A DNA stretch of 64,000 nucleotides from an uncultured bacterium (GTDB taxonomy: Bacteria; Verrucomicrobiota; Kiritimatiellia; CAIKKV01; CAITUY01): contig CAITUY010000122.1 of the NCBI GenBank assembly GCA_903895695.1, positions 94 to 64,093 on the forward strand, written 5' to 3'. The position numbers were made by a program, and so were the translations under genes. A model generated the notes under the pieces. That model was given only the letters and a program-made list of their open reading frames with translations, was not told the origin of the DNA and searched no databases. Every line of letters begins with the position of its first letter. Positions within the stretch are counted from its first letter, which is position 1. This document shows positions 1 through 8,383 of this stretch, piece after piece.

Positions 1-246
1 CAACCCGTGGCAGTCCCAGCCGAAGCGGCGGTCAACGTAGCGGCCGCGCATGGTCTGGTAGCGCGGCACGATGTCCTTGATGGTCCCTGCGAGCAGGTGC
101 CCGTAGTGCGGCAGGCCCGTGGCAAAGGGCGGGCCGTCGTAGAAGACATACTCGGGCGCGCCGCGCCGCTGTTCGAGCGATTTCTCGAACGTGTGGTGCG
201 CGGCCCAAAATTCAAGGATCTCCCGCTCGAGCGCGGGAAAATCCAT
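1..246 (-). CDS. ileS: isoleucine--tRNA ligase, N-terminal fragment (gene runs off the window start)
   Basis: Not in the ORF track. Manual minus-strand translation from ATG (cat at 244-246) gives [82 protein letters not shown]. It carries the class-I aaRS HIGH-type signature (HYGH) in the PPFATG...WDCHGL context typical of the IleRS N-terminus. Confidence 0.85.
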   Translation of the reverse strand, partial: MDFPALEREILEFWAAHHTFEKSLEQRRGAPEYVFYDGPPFATGLPHYGHLLAGTIKDIVPRYQTMRGRYVDRRFGWDCHGL

Positions 247-272
247 TTTACGCGATACCGGACTGAACATCG

Positions 273-596
273 TCATCTCCCTTTTGCCGCGGCGTCGGCT
301 TCGCCCACGGCTTTCCGAACGGCCTGGCGGAAAGCGGCCGGACCATACTTCAACTCGCGCGATCCGCGCGTGATCTTGCACAGGCTAATCCCGAGTTCCG
401 CCGCCACTGCTCGTTGCGTCTGCCCCTTCTGGAGCAGGCAGGTCAATCGCCAGCGCAACGCGATCTTCTCGCGCTCGCGGGACGTCAGCAACGCAAACAA
501 CACGTCGTAGACGGCGTCAGCGTTGTCCATCGTGGCCAACACCGCCGCCAATTCCCTCAACGTCGAATCGCTGGAGCCGGCTTGGGCCATACGCAT
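273..596 (-). CDS. TrpR-like YerC/YecD family DNA-binding protein
   Basis: ORF 273..629. The segment [48 protein letters not shown] matches the Trp-repressor-like YerC/YecD helix-turn-helix pattern. The ORF-track first codon is GTG (629). Internal ATGs at 596 and 590 give the usual ~105 aa length. It lies 27 nt upstream of ileS on the same strand. Confidence 0.7.
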   Translation of the reverse strand: MRMAQAGSSDSTLRELAAVLATMDNADAVYDVLFALLTSREREKIALRWRLTCLLQKGQTQRAVAAELGISLCKITRGSRELKYGPAAFRQAVRKAVGEADAAAKGR

Positions 597-765
597 CCCT
601 TCCCCGGCGCAGACCGCCATGGCCCACACCGAAACGCGCCGATGATAGGGAAATTACCCCCCTCAGGCAAACCAAAGTGGGGAGGCCCCGAATCCTCGTC
701 CAACCCTTCGGCAGGGCGTGTCGAGGCCAGAGTCCCCCCGCGCAAGCGCAACGCCGTCATGCCGG

Positions 766-794
766 TTGACTGCAATACGACAATGCCGTAATGT
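766..794 (+). promoter_or_regulatory. sigma70-like promoter for the AbrB-type antitoxin gene (TTGACT, 17-nt spacer, TAATGT)
   Basis: ttgact at 766-771, 17-nt spacer, taatgt at 789-794. The ATG is at 801, only 6 nt after the -10 box, which implies a leaderless or near-leaderless mRNA. Based on consensus resemblance only. Confidence 0.35.
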
Positions 795-800
795 AGCAAT

Positions 801-1034
801 ATGACAGCTACCATACAGATCAGCGCGCGAGGCACCATGACGCTCCCCAAAGCGCTCCGCAAGGCACTGGGTGTTGACAAGGGCGGCGTCGTGATGGCGA
901 GTGCAGAGGACGACGGGATTGTTCTTCACCCGGCGGTCGCCTTCCCCATCGAGCTGTACTCCGACGCTCGTATTGCCGAGTTCGATGCCGCGGATGCGGC
1001 ACTGGCCAGGCATCTTCCGAGGAAGCGTTCGTGA
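801..1034 (+). CDS. AbrB/MazE/SpoVT-family antitoxin
   Basis: 77 aa. MTATIQISARGTMTLPKALRKALGVDKGGVVMASAEDDGIVLHP matches the swapped-hairpin SpoVT/AbrB pattern (G.vtiPk.iR..lgl..Gd.v). Its stop overlaps the GTG of the downstream PIN remnant (GTGA at 1031-1034). Confidence 0.75.
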   Translation: MTATIQISARGTMTLPKALRKALGVDKGGVVMASAEDDGIVLHPAVAFPIELYSDARIAEFDAADAALARHLPRKRS

Positions 1035-1250
1035 AGGTTTTTCTTGATGCGAACATCCTCTTCTCGGCCAGCGACGACAAGAGCGCGACGCGACAACTCT
1101 TGAACGTGTTGGCACGCCGCGGCAAACTCGTCACCAGCCTGCACGCACCTCTGGACCAGTGACCGCGTGCATTTCGGGGCCCTATACGGCGTAACGGTGC
1201 ACGGCGTCACCATCGTGTCCAGCCTCCAACTGGCCGACGAACTCGAATAG
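1031..1250 (+). pseudogene. PIN-domain (VapC-like) toxin remnant, with internal deletion and frame change
   Basis: GTG at 1031 gives VKVFLDANILFSASDDKSATRQLLNVLARRGKLVTSLHAPLDQ, then TGA at 1160-1162. This is the PIN N-terminal motif (FLDANIL). A different frame continues as DRVHFGALYGVTVHGVTIVSSLQLADELE, ending with stop 1248-1250, which looks like a PIN C-terminus. Together that is about 73 aa against roughly 130 aa for intact PIN toxins, so the central part is missing. Confidence 0.6.
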
Positions 1251-1333
1251 ACTCCTCCCCGCCAATCCGCCATTGCTTCCCCGCCAACCGCGGACCATAA
1301 TCCCCGGCCAGCCAGTAGAAGGAGACCGCTTTC

Positions 1334-2080
1334 ATGAGTTCCGACACCGCCCCCGCCCGCATCCGGCTAGTCTCTGCCGCCTTCGTCATCGGCATCAGCC
1401 TGATCTTCTGCACCCTGGTGGCCGGCAACGTGGTCATGCAGACCAAGGCCTCCGACAAGGCCATCCGCGTCAAAGGCTATGCCGAAAAACACATCTCGTC
1501 TGACTTCGGCATCTGGCACGGCCAACTCACGGCCCGGGCTGCGCAACTGCCGCAGGCTTACCAGGTGGTCGAACGCGATATGGCCAAGGTGACCGCGTGG
1601 CTGGGCCAGAAAGGCGTCGCGGCGGAGCACGTGAGCCTGTCAGCCGTCTCGATTGAAACGCAACGCAAGCGCGACACCAACGGACACGACACGAGTGAGA
1701 TTGAGTCCTACACGCTGCAGCAGTCAGTGACGATCCGCCTCCCGGACGTGAAACTCGTGGACGCGGTGTCCAAGGACAGCAGCGCCCTGATCAAGGATGG
1801 CGTCGAGCTGACCTCAGGAATGCCGGAGTATTACTACACGGGACTTGAAGGCTTGAAGATTGAGATGCTGGGTGAAGCCACGAAGGATGCCGGCCGCCGC
1901 GCCCACACCATCGTCGCCAACGCGGACGCCAAACTGGGCCGTTTGCGCTCCGCTCAGCAAGGCGTCTTCCAGATCACGCCGGTCTATTCGACCGAGGTAT
2001 CCGGCGGCGGCGAGCTCGACACCTCCTCGATCGAAAAGACCATCAAGGCCGTGGTCGACGCCGAATTCAGCGTCGAGTGA
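1334..2080 (+). CDS. SIMPL-domain (DUF541) protein with N-terminal membrane anchor
   Basis: 248 aa. GGAG lies 9 nt upstream of the ATG. One N-terminal TM helix (LVSAAFVIGISLIFCTLVAGNVV). The remainder resembles the SIMPL/DUF541 family (YTLQQSVTIRL..., ...GVFQITP...). Assigned by recalled family pattern. Confidence 0.7.
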   Translation: MSSDTAPARIRLVSAAFVIGISLIFCTLVAGNVVMQTKASDKAIRVKGYAEKHISSDFGIWHGQLTARAAQLPQAYQVVERDMAKVTAWLGQKGVAAEHVSLSAVSIETQRKRDTNGHDTSEIESYTLQQSVTIRLPDVKLVDAVSKDSSALIKDGVELTSGMPEYYYTGLEGLKIEMLGEATKDAGRRAHTIVANADAKLGRLRSAQQGVFQITPVYSTEVSGGGELDTSSIEKTIKAVVDAEFSVE

Positions 2081-2202
2081 CCGTGATGCGGGCCTGGACC
2101 TTCGGGCGGGACCGTCTCGCGGCCCGTGCGCCTGCACAGCTTCGGCGCCGACGGAGCGGCGCCCTCCAAGAAACAGAACCGAGATAGGCGCATCCCATGG
2201 AG

Positions 2203-2222
2203 GGGCACGCTTCGTCGTGCCC
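2203..2222. terminator. GC-rich hairpin between the convergent SIMPL and fmt genes
   Basis: gggcacg (2203-2209), loop cttcgt, cgtgccc (2216-2222), a perfect 7-bp stem. A second stem, ggcgcc-N8-ggcgcc, is at about 2143-2162. There is no U-tract, so terminator function is uncertain. Confidence 0.3.
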
Positions 2223-2266
2223 ACGCAGGGGTGAAGTTCATGGAAGCGCCGTGCGGCGGCTCGTCC

Positions 2267-3205
2267 TCAGCCGGCCCGGTCGCCCGCCCGCAGCGGATAC
2301 CCGCGCACGAAGGCGCTGCCGGGCATCGGTTTCTTCCCTTCGGGTTGGACCACCAGCAGGCGCAAGGCGCCGGCGCCGGTCTGCACGAGCGGGCCTGCCT
2401 CGGCGTTGGAGAGGATCGCGCCCGGACCAGCCTGGCCGTCGGGCTCCATGCCTGCTGCTAGAATCTTGACCCAACGGCCCGAACCGGCGGGTAGTTCGCA
2501 CTGGCAACCGGGCCAGGGATTGAACGCACGCAGCCGGTTTTGAATCGTCTGCGCAGGCATCGTCCAGTCAATGCGCCCGTCCGTCTTCTTCAATTTCGGC
2601 GCGACCGTGGCCGCGTTCTCATCCTGGGGCACGCGCGGCGCCCGGCCCGCGCGCAACAGGGCCATGGTCTCGGCCAAGGCGTCGGCCCCCACCGCGGCCA
2701 GCTTATCGTGCAGCGTGCCGCCGGTGTCGTCCCCGGCAATCGTCAGCTCGCGTTTGAGGATCATGTCGCCGGCATCCATGCGCTCGTTGAGGAACATGGT
2801 CGTCACGCCGGTCACCTGCTCGCCAAGGGCGACCGCCCATTGGATCGGCGCGGCGCCGCGGAACTTGGGCAGCAGCGATCCATGGACATTGATGCAGCCC
2901 AACGGCGGCAGGGCCAACAGGGCCGGCTTGAGGATCTGCCCATAAGCAACGACCACGATAACATCCGGCCGCAATGCGCCAAGGATGGCCAGACTTTCGG
3001 GCGTGTTGACTTTCTCGGGCGTGAACACGGGGATGCCGCGGTTGCCGAGTCGGTCCTTGACCGGACACGGCGCCAATTCGAGGCGCCGGCCCTTGGGCCG
3101 GTCCGGCTGGGTCACGATGCCCACGACTTCGTCGGCCGGATTCGCCAAGAGGCGTTCCAGCGACGGGCAGGCGAACGCCGCCGATCCCATGAAGATGATG
3201 CGCAT
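2267..3205 (-). CDS. fmt: methionyl-tRNA formyltransferase
   Basis: 312 aa. MRIIFMGSAAFACPSLERLL...VVGIVTQPDRPKGRRLELAPCPVK...INVHGSLLPKFRGAAPIQWA is the canonical Fmt N-terminal formyltransferase core. The C-terminal domain is also present. Confidence 0.92.
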   Translation of the reverse strand: MRIIFMGSAAFACPSLERLLANPADEVVGIVTQPDRPKGRRLELAPCPVKDRLGNRGIPVFTPEKVNTPESLAILGALRPDVIVVVAYGQILKPALLALPPLGCINVHGSLLPKFRGAAPIQWAVALGEQVTGVTTMFLNERMDAGDMILKRELTIAGDDTGGTLHDKLAAVGADALAETMALLRAGRAPRVPQDENAATVAPKLKKTDGRIDWTMPAQTIQNRLRAFNPWPGCQCELPAGSGRWVKILAAGMEPDGQAGPGAILSNAEAGPLVQTGAGALRLLVVQPEGKKPMPGSAFVRGYPLRAGDRAG

Positions 3206-3217
3206 GTGGGAAAAGAA

Positions 3218-3320
3218 GTGAACAGTGAACGGTAAACAGTGAACGGTTCCTGCGACCGTTCACCATTCGCTGCTCACTGGTCCACTGTTCACTATTTACC
3301 GGTCACTGTTCACTGTTCAA
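3218..3320. repeat. ~100-bp imperfect palindrome built from heptad GTGAACR repeats
   Basis: The left arm is gtgaaca gtgaacg gtaaaca gtgaacg (3218-3246). The central perfect hairpin is gtgaacgg (3239-3246), a 9-nt loop, then ccgttcac (3256-3263). The right arm, ctgttca ctattta ccggtca ctgttca ctgttca (to 3320), is the near reverse-complement of the left arm. It fills the fumarate hydratase beta / fmt intergenic space. Confidence 0.65.
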
Positions 3321-3325
3321 ACGGC

Positions 3326-3931
3326 TCACGCCTCGAAGCGATCGCCGTCGCGGAGCACGCGCTTGAGATGGCGGCGGGAGGCGGTCTGGATGCGTCGCAG
3401 CATGCTGCGACCGTGCGCGTCAATGGCGACAATGGCGGGGAAGTCACTCACCTCGAGTTCCCACATGGCCTCGGCGAGGCCGAATTCGCGGGCGAAGTGC
3501 AGACCCTTGACCGCCGTCACCTTCCCGGCCAGCACCTGCGCTGCGCCGCCTACCGCGTGCAGATATACGCAACCGTTTTCGGCGCACACCTGCTCGGTCC
3601 GCGGGCCCATCGACCCCTTGCCGATGATGAGGCGGACGCCGTGCTGCTTGACGATCCGGGGAAGATACGGTTCCTCGCGGATGGATGTAGTCGGACCCGC
3701 CGCCCGCACCACCCAGGCCCCATCCTGCCGGATGGCCACCGGGCCGCAGTGGTAGAGTCCGCCATCCTTCAGACTGACGGGGCACTTGCCGCCCTCGTAC
3801 AGGTGCTTGTGCAGGCGATCCCGCGCCGTGAAAAGCAATCCGCTGACCGACACGAATTGGCCGGCTTCGAGCGGCAGCACCTGCTCGGCCGTAAACGGAT
3901 AGCGCAGCGCCCGCGGGGTCAGTACAGCCAT
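3326..3931 (-). CDS. Fe-S hydro-lyase beta subunit (class I fumarate hydratase / tartrate dehydratase, C-terminal domain type)
   Basis: ORF 3326..3988. The internal ATG at 3931 (MAVLTPRALRYPF...) overlaps the alpha-subunit stop by 13 nt. GLLFTARDRLHKHL...GLYHCGPV...AAGPTTSIREEPYLPRIV...IIGKGSMG is the FumA C-terminal/TtdB pattern. Confidence 0.8.
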   Translation of the reverse strand: MAVLTPRALRYPFTAEQVLPLEAGQFVSVSGLLFTARDRLHKHLYEGGKCPVSLKDGGLYHCGPVAIRQDGAWVVRAAGPTTSIREEPYLPRIVKQHGVRLIIGKGSMGPRTEQVCAENGCVYLHAVGGAAQVLAGKVTAVKGLHFAREFGLAEAMWELEVSDFPAIVAIDAHGRSMLRRIQTASRRHLKRVLRDGDRFEA

Positions 3932-4806
3932 CGCTTCATCCCTCCGCTGGGGCTGAGCACCGCGCCGCGCCGCCGGAACGCCCAGCACATGTAGGAGACC
4001 GACACGAAAAACGATGCGGGCAGACGGCTGAGCGCCCCGATCTTCACTCCCAGCACCGCCGTCTGGCCCCCCAGGCCCATGGGGCCGATGTCGAGCGTGC
4101 GAGCCTCGCGCACGATCCGCTGCTCAAGCCGCGCTAGCACGCGGATACGGGCGCGATCGTCCAGTTTGCGCAGGAATTGCTCCTTGGCGTGTTCGCAACC
4201 GGTGCAACGGTCGCCGCCGATCGATACGCCCAGGATGCCCGGCGCGCAGCCGTTCCCCTGGGTCTGAACCAAGGCATCCAGGATGCAGCGCCGCACGCCA
4301 TCCAGATCGCGGCCTGCCGCGATCGCCTCGTCGGGCAGGCTGTACTGGCGGCCCATATTCTCGCATCCGCCGCCCTTCATCAACAGTCGCACATCCACCG
4401 TGCTGCGGGCGCATTGTTCGAAACAGAATACCGGGGCCCCGTAGGCCACGTTGGTCTGGTAGGGCTCGCCCGTCAAGGAGTCGATCGTATTCTGGCGCAG
4501 GTAGCCCAGCCGCGTGGCGCGCGCAACGGCCAACCGGGCTGCCGCCGCCAACGCGTTGGTATCGAACCCCACCGGCACATGAAACCGGAAGATCAGGCTG
4601 CCGGTGTCCTGACACAGCGGCGCATCGTTCTTCCGGGCGGCCTCCACGTTCGACAGGATCGTCTCCAGCACCCACCGGGCACGGCTGCCTTTTTTCTCAA
4701 CGGACAGGGCCCGGCGCAGGGACGATTCGACATCGGCCGGCAGGTCGACCGACGTGCGGCGGATCAGTTCGAACAGGTTGGCTTCCCACTGGGCGTGATT
4801 CTTCAT
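3919..4806 (-). CDS. Fe-S hydro-lyase alpha subunit (class I fumarate hydratase / tartrate dehydratase, N-terminal domain type)
   Basis: 295 aa. PLCQDTGSLIFRFHVPVG...RQNTIDSLTG...NVAYGAPV...KGGGCENMG...GGQTAVLGVKIG is the class-I fumarase catalytic-domain pattern with Fe-S cysteines. Confidence 0.8.
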   Translation of the reverse strand: MKNHAQWEANLFELIRRTSVDLPADVESSLRRALSVEKKGSRARWVLETILSNVEAARKNDAPLCQDTGSLIFRFHVPVGFDTNALAAAARLAVARATRLGYLRQNTIDSLTGEPYQTNVAYGAPVFCFEQCARSTVDVRLLMKGGGCENMGRQYSLPDEAIAAGRDLDGVRRCILDALVQTQGNGCAPGILGVSIGGDRCTGCEHAKEQFLRKLDDRARIRVLARLEQRIVREARTLDIGPMGLGGQTAVLGVKIGALSRLPASFFVSVSYMCWAFRRRGAVLSPSGGMKRWLY

Positions 4807-4831
4807 TCAAGTGTGGCAATGGTTAGCACAT

Positions 4832-4865
4832 TCACGGCATGAGTTCAACTGCCACGGTGTCGGCC
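4832..4865. repeat. left copy of a direct repeat; orphan duplicate of the hemW 3' end (putative island junction)
   Basis: 4836-4865 (ggcatgagttcaactgccacggtgtcggcc) matches 11284-11313 at 29/30 positions. With the stop-codon region included (4832-4865 vs 11280-11313) it matches at 31/34. The reverse complement reads ADTVAVELMP-stop, identical to the last 10 residues of HemW, but here it has no upstream reading frame. Confidence 0.65.
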
Positions 4866-4950
4866 GTGGCAATTCCCACTATGGCCACACAGATTCCGTG
4901 GGGACATCACCCTCCAGTCAAGCCGGCGCCCGGAACGACATCGCGCCCGA

Positions 4951-5358
4951 TCACATGTCGTAGGCGATCAACTCCAATCGCTTGATGGCCCGAAAATGCC
5001 CGGTGTTGCGTGTCACCAAGGGAGAACCGTGTTCGAGTGCCCAGGCGGCAATCCACAGGTCCGGTTTCGACAAACCGCCCAGTACGTTGCGCGTCCGCAG
5101 GTCGGCCACGGTTCGCGCGTAATGCTCGGCCGTCTCCAATCCAACCTGTCCCAGCGCGAACAACCGGAGGAACTCCAGCGACTCGTTGAAGCGTCGCGGC
5201 GAAACGACAGCGCCTCCTTCGAGAAACTCGCCTGCCGCGTGTGCGGGCACGGCAAACGTTTCACTTCCTGCCTCGCGCAGGAGACGGACACAACCCGCGT
5301 CCTCGCGCCCTGCACTCCTCCACAAATCGACAAGGAACGTGGTGTCAACGCAGAGCAT
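4951..5358 (-). CDS. vapC: PIN-domain ribonuclease toxin VapC
   Basis: ORF 4951..5397. The ATG at 5358 gives MLCVDTTFLVDLWR... (PIN N-terminal Asp). The C-terminal part, ...DLWIAAWALEHGSPLVTRNTGHF, is the PIN pattern. It overlaps the upstream antitoxin by 14 nt. Confidence 0.8.
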   Translation of the reverse strand: MLCVDTTFLVDLWRSAGREDAGCVRLLREAGSETFAVPAHAAGEFLEGGAVVSPRRFNESLEFLRLFALGQVGLETAEHYARTVADLRTRNVLGGLSKPDLWIAAWALEHGSPLVTRNTGHFRAIKRLELIAYDM

Positions 5359-5596
5359 GGAGTCTCCACTTTTCCTGGGTTCGATTCTCTCGGACAACCG
5401 CGAGCATCTGCTCTGCCTCGCGATCCGGCAGTGCTTCCGTTTTGTCCAAAGCCGCTACGATGCTACGGCCCGTGTGCGCTGCGGCGGCAACATTGAGCAG
5501 TCTGCCAATCACTTTGGTAAACGATTCCGACTCCCGCTTCTCGCCAGCAAGTCGGGCGTAGACAGTTGATTCAATCGCGATGGTCTTGGTGCTCAT
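5345..5596 (-). CDS. vapB: VapB-type antitoxin
   Basis: 83 aa. MSTKTIAIESTVYARLAGEKRESESFTKVIGRLL resembles the small VapB family that begins M.KTI.I...VY..L...K...ESFS.VI. It sits directly upstream of vapC and overlaps it. Confidence 0.6.
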   Translation of the reverse strand: MSTKTIAIESTVYARLAGEKRESESFTKVIGRLLNVAAAAHTGRSIVAALDKTEALPDREAEQMLAVVRENRTQEKWRLHALR

Positions 5597-5663
5597 GTAT
5601 GTATATTTGCATATCGGCGCATACGTATCAAGCGCGCCAGATGAGCCAAGATACTCACCCTTC

Positions 5664-8180
5664 TCATTCCATCTCGACCCAGTAAAACGCCGAGTCAGGC
5701 GCCCCAGTGGCAGTCGGAATCACATACTCGGTCCGTGGGGCGACGCCCGGTACACCCGTGGTAATCGTGTCGTAACCCCGTTGTGTCAGGTCCGTACGCC
5801 GGTTGACGCGATACGTCCGATCCGCGCGACCGTTCCACACGATCGACAACAGTCCGCCGACCGCCGCGTCGGCCCGCACGACTTTGAAACAGGACTCCTT
5901 GTCGTTGGGATCGGTACCCGCGGCGATCTCCATGCCGTCCGACACGCCGTCGTTATCGGAATCCGCCAGCAAAGGATTGGTGTGGTAGACGTTGATCTCG
6001 TCGCCATCCGTCAACCCGTCGCCGTCGGTGTCGGGGTTCATCGGATCCGTCAACAGCGCTGCCTCTTGGTCGTTCGATAGTCCGTCGTTGTCGGCATCAT
6101 CGAGAATTGTCACCACGATATCACAAATCTCCACAACTGCATTGGGCACCCCCCGGCTGACCAGAGTGAAAATCAGTTGATTCGTTTGGCCGGCATACTG
6201 TGCGATGGACGCGGATCCTTCCAGAGACGTGTTTCGAGACAAATCCATGTCGGAGCCGACAAAGAGCGGCGTACCATTTGTGCCCCAACGCACCGTCAGA
6301 AAATCACCATCGCCACCTGACACGAATTGGTAATGGAATCGGACCGTCTGCGCGCCGATCGGAACGACCATGGTCTTGAGGATGCCGGCGTCGGCTTCCT
6401 CCTCGACACGGAAACAACCTCCGTTCGTTCCGACAAGGCCGAACGTGTCGAATCCGGTCAATGGTTCTTCGCTGCCCGCCGCTATCCCCATCGACGTCAT
6501 CGCAGACATAGCGGACAGATCCTGACCGTGAAAGCCGTTCTGCATGAACGGCGAATAGTAGAACCCATTTTGAACGTCCGCACCGCTTGGTGTCGTCTGA
6601 TAGACATACCAGTCGTGAACGCGGGAATGCTCAGTCGGTCTGAGTGGGAACCAACTCTGAGGTTTCAAATCGTATTCGAAATATCCCGTCCCTGCCACTG
6701 GGCCACCGACCCACCACGCAACGGTTCCATAACCAGCTTCCGCGTAATACCGCTCAATCGTTGTCTTTGCACCGTTAGCGCTCGCTGGGTGCAACCAAGT
6801 GTCATCGCCCGGCACGATGAACGGAGTGTCAAGTGTCGTGACCTGAATGTTGCTGAAGCCACCGATGTTGCGCAGTTGCTTCGCGCATTCCGACACGACA
6901 AAGCCGCCGGCACTATGTCCAATGAGTTGGATTGGAGCCGATGGATCAACATTGCCCGCGCGGACCTGTGCGAGGATCCAGTTCGCGAGGTGAACGCCCT
7001 GGTCGGTGGCCGGAGCGTGGACCGCCATCAACCCCATAACAAACAACTCCGGGTACCCGAGGTACTTCAGCCACGATATCCAACTCACGCCATCAAATTG
7101 CGCACTCCAACTGTCCAGACCGGAGGGGTCAGCCAGTTCATGCCAGTCGAGGATCGCAATATTCGGGATAGGGTTGGTTATGCTTCCCAACCGGTCTTGG
7201 GCATCGGTACAGAAACTCAGCAGCCATGGGTCCGTGCCCGTGCCCTGGTAACCGTGCGTGATTACAACGAGACCAGCAGCGATCCGGTCGGTCGAGAAAG
7301 CGAAGGGATTCCCGTAGGGTCCCCCCAACATGGTCCCACCCACTGGATCTACGGCCGGAAAACGTACCGAAGGTTGTCCGTCCACCGCCGACTTGTTAAA
7401 CACCACCTTCACCGATGCCGTCGCCCGCCGGCCCTGCATGTCGGTCGCGATCACGGTCAGCAGTCGCGTGCCGGCCGCCCCGGTGACCCGCCATCCTGCC
7501 AAGGCTGGCCCAATACAGTTGGCGAGCGTCACGCCATCCAGTTGCCATTGCCAAGTAACCGAGCCGTAGGCGCCGGCTACGGTACACTCGGAGGTGTTCA
7601 AATCCCAATTGCCGGCGGAACCATTCGGCGTCGCCACACACAATCCCATCTGTACTGTCAACGCCTTGGCGATCGTCACTTCGAACGGCGGCGCCACCAC
7701 ATAACCGGAGGGCCGTTTGTAGCCCGCGCGCACATTGACGGTCGTGGGCGAGGCCGGAGTCCCGGCCGTGAATTGACCGCAGCCCACAAAGGTTCCATCC
7801 GGCGCCGCGCCGTCAACCCACCAGTCGCACAACGTGGCGACATCCGCAAATGTCCCGTCGTCGCAAGAGGCCAAACACGCCAGTTGAAGGGTCTGGCCGG
7901 GCGTGCAGTCGGTCGGCCCGCCGACGGTCAAAGACAAGACGCGCCCGCTGCGGGTGTCGAACGCGAACAACGGCGACACACCCGATGCATCGGTCCCCAA
8001 CCCACCCCGCGTGTCGAATACAAACCCGGCCGAGTCTGACACGGCTGACGCGACGCCGATTCGGGTGTCGAAGGCGAACACCCCCGAATCACCGGAGGCC
8101 GTGTCGGCCTGCGTCCCCATCGCGGCCCCCAGAATCAAGGCCCAAACGGCACAGTAGCGGCCGATATGTATTCGCGTCAT
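5664..8180 (-). CDS. secreted multidomain alpha/beta-hydrolase (lipase/esterase-like) with thrombospondin type-3 calcium-binding repeats
   Basis: ORF 5664..8480. The start was moved to ATG 8180 (MTRIHIGRYCAVWALILGAAMGTQA, a signal peptide), because the upstream extension is Gln/Arg-rich and overlaps the DGR TR. Three F-x-F-D-T-R repeats follow the signal peptide. The nucleophile elbow is IQLIGHSAGGFVV (GxSxG). The C-terminal part carries DADNDGLSNDQE...DPDTDGDGLTDGDE...DSDNDGVSDGME (TSP3-type repeats). Confidence 0.7.
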   Translation of the reverse strand: MTRIHIGRYCAVWALILGAAMGTQADTASGDSGVFAFDTRIGVASAVSDSAGFVFDTRGGLGTDASGVSPLFAFDTRSGRVLSLTVGGPTDCTPGQTLQLACLASCDDGTFADVATLCDWWVDGAAPDGTFVGCGQFTAGTPASPTTVNVRAGYKRPSGYVVAPPFEVTIAKALTVQMGLCVATPNGSAGNWDLNTSECTVAGAYGSVTWQWQLDGVTLANCIGPALAGWRVTGAAGTRLLTVIATDMQGRRATASVKVVFNKSAVDGQPSVRFPAVDPVGGTMLGGPYGNPFAFSTDRIAAGLVVITHGYQGTGTDPWLLSFCTDAQDRLGSITNPIPNIAILDWHELADPSGLDSWSAQFDGVSWISWLKYLGYPELFVMGLMAVHAPATDQGVHLANWILAQVRAGNVDPSAPIQLIGHSAGGFVVSECAKQLRNIGGFSNIQVTTLDTPFIVPGDDTWLHPASANGAKTTIERYYAEAGYGTVAWWVGGPVAGTGYFEYDLKPQSWFPLRPTEHSRVHDWYVYQTTPSGADVQNGFYYSPFMQNGFHGQDLSAMSAMTSMGIAAGSEEPLTGFDTFGLVGTNGGCFRVEEEADAGILKTMVVPIGAQTVRFHYQFVSGGDGDFLTVRWGTNGTPLFVGSDMDLSRNTSLEGSASIAQYAGQTNQLIFTLVSRGVPNAVVEICDIVVTILDDADNDGLSNDQEAALLTDPMNPDTDGDGLTDGDEINVYHTNPLLADSDNDGVSDGMEIAAGTDPNDKESCFKVVRADAAVGGLLSIVWNGRADRTYRVNRRTDLTQRGYDTITTGVPGVAPRTEYVIPTATGAPDSAFYWVEME

Positions 8181-8383
8181 CTGACACACTCCGTTTGCAT
8201 TCACGTTCGTTTCGGAGAACTGGGGCTTTCGACTTCCGTCTACCGGCCCCATTTCTCGTCCCGTCTTCGTTCCGCACGCCTCATGACCCGCGAAACAGGT
8301 CCGACCGGTGGGCTTCGAAGGGTCGCCGACGGCGTCCGTGAACGCCACCGCTCCGCCCACACCGCGACTGGCGCGGCTTCGAT

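Noticed and set aside
7-510. 167-aa plus-strand ORF at the window start
   Set aside because: It is antisense to the ileS N-terminus and the yerC-like gene, both of which have clear family motifs on the minus strand.
3218-3320. CRISPR-like array suggested by the short tandem repeats
   Set aside because: The repeat unit is only 7 bp with no spacers, the arrangement is palindromic, and there are no cas genes.
6327-8039. 570-aa plus-strand ORF opposite the secreted hydrolase
   Set aside because: It is Arg/His-rich with no motifs. The minus-strand frame carries a signal peptide, GHSAGG and TSP3 repeats.
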